A stretch of DNA of 64,000 nucleotides from Schizochytrium sp. TIO01 (Eukaryota > Protista > Bigyra: Labyrinthulomycetes): assembly GCA_004764695.1 (NCBI GenBank), contig SMSO01000004.1, forward strand, positions 1,798,001 through 1,862,000. Direction: 5' to 3'. Within the stretch, counting starts at the first letter, position 1, and the number at the start of each line of letters is the position of its first letter. The position numbers and the translations under genes were made by a program. Under the pieces are notes generated by a model. That model was not told where the DNA came from. It worked only from the letters and a program-made list of their open reading frames with translations, and ran no database searches. Shown piece after piece: positions 62,001 through 64,000 of this stretch.

Positions 62001-63054
62001 CCCGGAGGTTGGGCGGTCTGGAAAGGTAGCCTTGGGTGAAGATGAGATTGGACCTCTTATCAAAACTCTGTTAAAATGCGTGAAGAACCTCTGTATGGAA
62101 CCGTCAGTTCTCGATGCACTGGAAGCGGCCGGGGCAATTCCAACCCTCGTCCCTTTCTTAGCATACTGCTCTTCAATGAGCAAGCTAGCCCGGGAGAAGG
62201 CTGCGATGGCCCCAAGCAAGCATGCAGCACGTGCCTCTGGTAAGAACCGCGGCAACGGTGAGGAACCGAGCCGTGGGCTGCGACGTAATAATTCTTTCGT
62301 TCCTGGTCGACAACTGAGCGCTTCGCAAGAGCAGCTTGTTAAAGAGATTCAAAACCTTGTCATGCTGGCTATGTTCTACCTTTGCCGCCTCAGCCGTTCT
62401 CGTCAAGAACAGGCTGCAATTTCAGGTATCATCCCGTATCTCATGGATGCCGTTGCAACTCGAAGCCCTGTGAAAACATTCGCACTTCAGATTCTCACGG
62501 ACTTCGCTCATACGTCTGACCTAACTCGCGACCAGCTATGGCGTTGCGAAGCACTCGAGTTTTACTTGGATCTTTTGGTCAGTGGGGACGTGTTCTGGCA
62601 AGAGAAGGCCCTAATCTCTCTTGGAGCCTGGCTTACGCATGCCAGTCCAGAAGTGGAACGTGCTGTGTTACGCCCACGCTCGTTGCAATGTCTTGTTACG
62701 TTGTTTCAGTCTGCACAGGGAAGTGCTTTTGAGAACTATGTCAAAGAGCTATTGCTCATGCTGACCAGGAGTGCTAAGCTCTCCGAAGCGATTGGACGCT
62801 CTGGCCTCTTTATGGCTGAGCTTGTGGCTCGTCTTAGCTTTCCAAAGGCAGAGGTTCGAATTAACCTTCTCAAAATCCTCAAGATTATTGGAGAGCATCA
62901 TCAGGACCTCGAGCATCTCGTCCTTGAGCATAACTTGTTTGCTGTGGTATCGAAACTTGCAAAACAAGCTGAAGATGCTCATCGCGTTCTTGTTGTAGAG
63001 ATTGCAAACCAACTTCTCGATGAGTGGAAGGCTGCATTATTGCCTAACTTTTAA
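59071..63054 (+). CDS. STE-group Ser/Thr kinase of the Cdc15/SpCdc7/SepA/MAP3K-epsilon type with C-terminal ARM-like repeats
   Basis: First ATG at 59071. Motifs IGRGGFG, VAVK, HRDIKGANIL, KLADFG, VVGTPYWMAPEIIE and ALYRIVQDEHPPLP. Poly-Q/poly-D linker. The C-terminal helical region has family-typical motifs (LQMFVACGGLPVL, KNDFCRLF, LCRLSRSRQEQAA). Confidence 0.9.
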   Translation: MVHIPGPRVGQKISEKYTLGEEIGRGGFGTVFACRNSETGETVAVKRIGLRNLNKESLRLIEEEVSLLKKLDHPNIVKYIDTVRTNDHLHIVLEYMENGSLARNLKLFGALSQSLCALYIRQVLNGLAYLHDQGVIHRDIKGANILTTKQGYVKLADFGVATHTSAQSNDVVGTPYWMAPEIIEISGPTTACDIWSVGCTIIELLTLKPPYFDIPPMAALYRIVQDEHPPLPEGLSPALRDFLLLCFKKEPRLRSTAKDLLRHRWVLKTRGLQQPQFSDDNDEGGALSSDGLEDPGPPSPNAVDMGGPAEAVEDEKAARKLGQRTSRTNKRVSSEQRSRWRKSVMNTIRLSEAQRAAGLLEAQNELERSKQQQQQQQQGKPADDARPSKAHQHNEEDDDDDEEDDEEEDWNKWDQSDLRDAANRGRQQSKKHLVGTGSGKVRGKQGAGDEERSAEADDEDDDDDDDDDDDDDDDSDDLDFGFNEIQDPEAGQKIREEFRAMMGSRSSGKQSSTHNQVHPGDLNMGDVDLDDLDGAFGEDADVKPLTQELNKPALENGTLTLESRLARFRESDMGEEDFMDFGVGTTRSISSRTDTAGSDVLEVLRRRMTIAQDPSAAPRGGGGSGKSASLYGSQQGAGLGGLGDSSRDADPFLDEFFEEEDDERDFLEDAGRSLEAQHSQQVEKLISLLRPDQDDEVVLSACAKLTTLFREQPAQRRTLLTHHGVIPIMDMLEMSNTKVLHAVLKVVGQIIENDREFQELLSLAGLIPIVAKFCRPSVSRPIRLQAASLVRQFLKTSGVTLQMFVACGGLPVLAGLLVPCTSPTETPEVASLRAALGVGQQVPDIALACVAVEGIKRVFELSAIGSSRGTIPKNDFCRLFAKEGVLRQLVSLLEHCRSPKGEAECAKLGFEASSLITDICDMLLVFSHGDSVVKQHFADTAVLEGILRTLTLEAPFFHQPNHGALHGAKRLEGHADSPEVGRSGKVALGEDEIGPLIKTLLKCVKNLCMEPSVLDALEAAGAIPTLVPFLAYCSSMSKLAREKAAMAPSKHAARASGKNRGNGEEPSRGLRRNNSFVPGRQLSASQEQLVKEIQNLVMLAMFYLCRLSRSRQEQAAISGIIPYLMDAVATRSPVKTFALQILTDFAHTSDLTRDQLWRCEALEFYLDLLVSGDVFWQEKALISLGAWLTHASPEVERAVLRPRSLQCLVTLFQSAQGSAFENYVKELLLMLTRSAKLSEAIGRSGLFMAELVARLSFPKAEVRINLLKILKIIGEHHQDLEHLVLEHNLFAVVSKLAKQAEDAHRVLVVEIANQLLDEWKAALLPNF

Positions 63055-64000
63055 ATTACTTGTGCATTCTTCTGACAAGACTTTGTTTAACCTGTGTGTA
63101 TTTCTCTTTTCCATATAAATAATCCAAAACTGAAAATGAATTTAATCAAGCTAGGTCTCACCGAAAATTGATGTTTGCAGTTTTAGCATAAGATTTTAAT
63201 TTTCCCTTGTGCAACTGATGAAATCCACAACTCATCAGTATCAACACATCATTTTACAACTGAGATTTAACATGGTGTGTTGATGTGCTGTGTTAACTTC
63301 TCTTTCGTGCGATTTGCTACAATCAAAATTAAAGATCAAACTTGAGAATGAATTTTATCTGAACAAAAATTAAGGCGAAGGTATTTTTATGAACCTGAAA
63401 CAAGCTCATTGTGTACATGTACTGCAGGCTCAAATTGCAAAACTCTTTTGAGATTTCAGGGAATGTAGACAAGCGCAGTGCTTTGATATTAGTAAATTTC
63501 AGGGTGCATTGAGCGGTGAAAGGTGCATTTGCCAAATGTAACCGTTTCTTATCAAGTAATGTACAGTATGGCATTATAGTTGAATGTTTCGCAGCAACGA
63601 AGTTGAAGTATATTTAGATCAGACGAGTTGCACAATTAAAAGAAGAAACAATTCTAAACTCAGAGTGTTTTACTTCGTCGTAGCAGCTGCTAGTGCTTCA
63701 TTTAAGCGAAAGATCTTGTCTCTTCTCTTCACTCACTTCTAGCATGTTCCATCTTTTCCTTCAGTGTGCGGATCCAGATACAAATTAATTTTTCTTATCA
63801 AATTTATAGCCTAATTCTGAACTACATACTAAACTGGTGCTCCGATGAGCTTATAAGCCTCTTTTTCTAACATTGCAGGTCAGTTATTCGCCTGCCTTTA
63901 AGTCATGACCTGTCTTGAAATCGTATTTTTCCATACTACTAAGGCGCCTTGAGACACATGACTCCATTCCGCATTAACGATACGTCACTAGAACATGCAT

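Overview
Eukaryotic nuclear DNA with mostly intronless genes and microsatellite-rich intergenic sequence. By inference it is a flagellated stramenopile, most like a thraustochytrid/labyrinthulomycete. Left gene block (1-20 kb): RPA32 (5'-truncated), a ~2,500-aa ankyrin/TRAF-zinc-finger protein, an LC8-type dynein light chain, a class II photolyase-like protein, a WD40 protein and a PARP-catalytic-domain protein. Centre (~20-47 kb): a ~27-kb stretch with no recognisable gene, rich in simple and higher-order repeats, AT-rich islands and a perfect (TAAA)91 tract. Right gene block (47-64 kb): an Hv1 proton channel, a tail-anchored GNAT-like protein, a WW-WW-RDD protein, CCT2 (one intron), a small CREST-like membrane protein and a Cdc15/Cdc7/MAP3K-epsilon-type kinase. 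The best candidate for a novel system is the giant ankyrin/TRAF-ZnF protein. It appears to carry a dynein heavy-chain stalk (coiled coil-microtubule-binding domain-coiled coil) inserted between ankyrin repeats, has no AAA+ motor, and lies head-to-head with a dynein light-chain gene. All domain calls are by-eye motif recognition; no searches were run.
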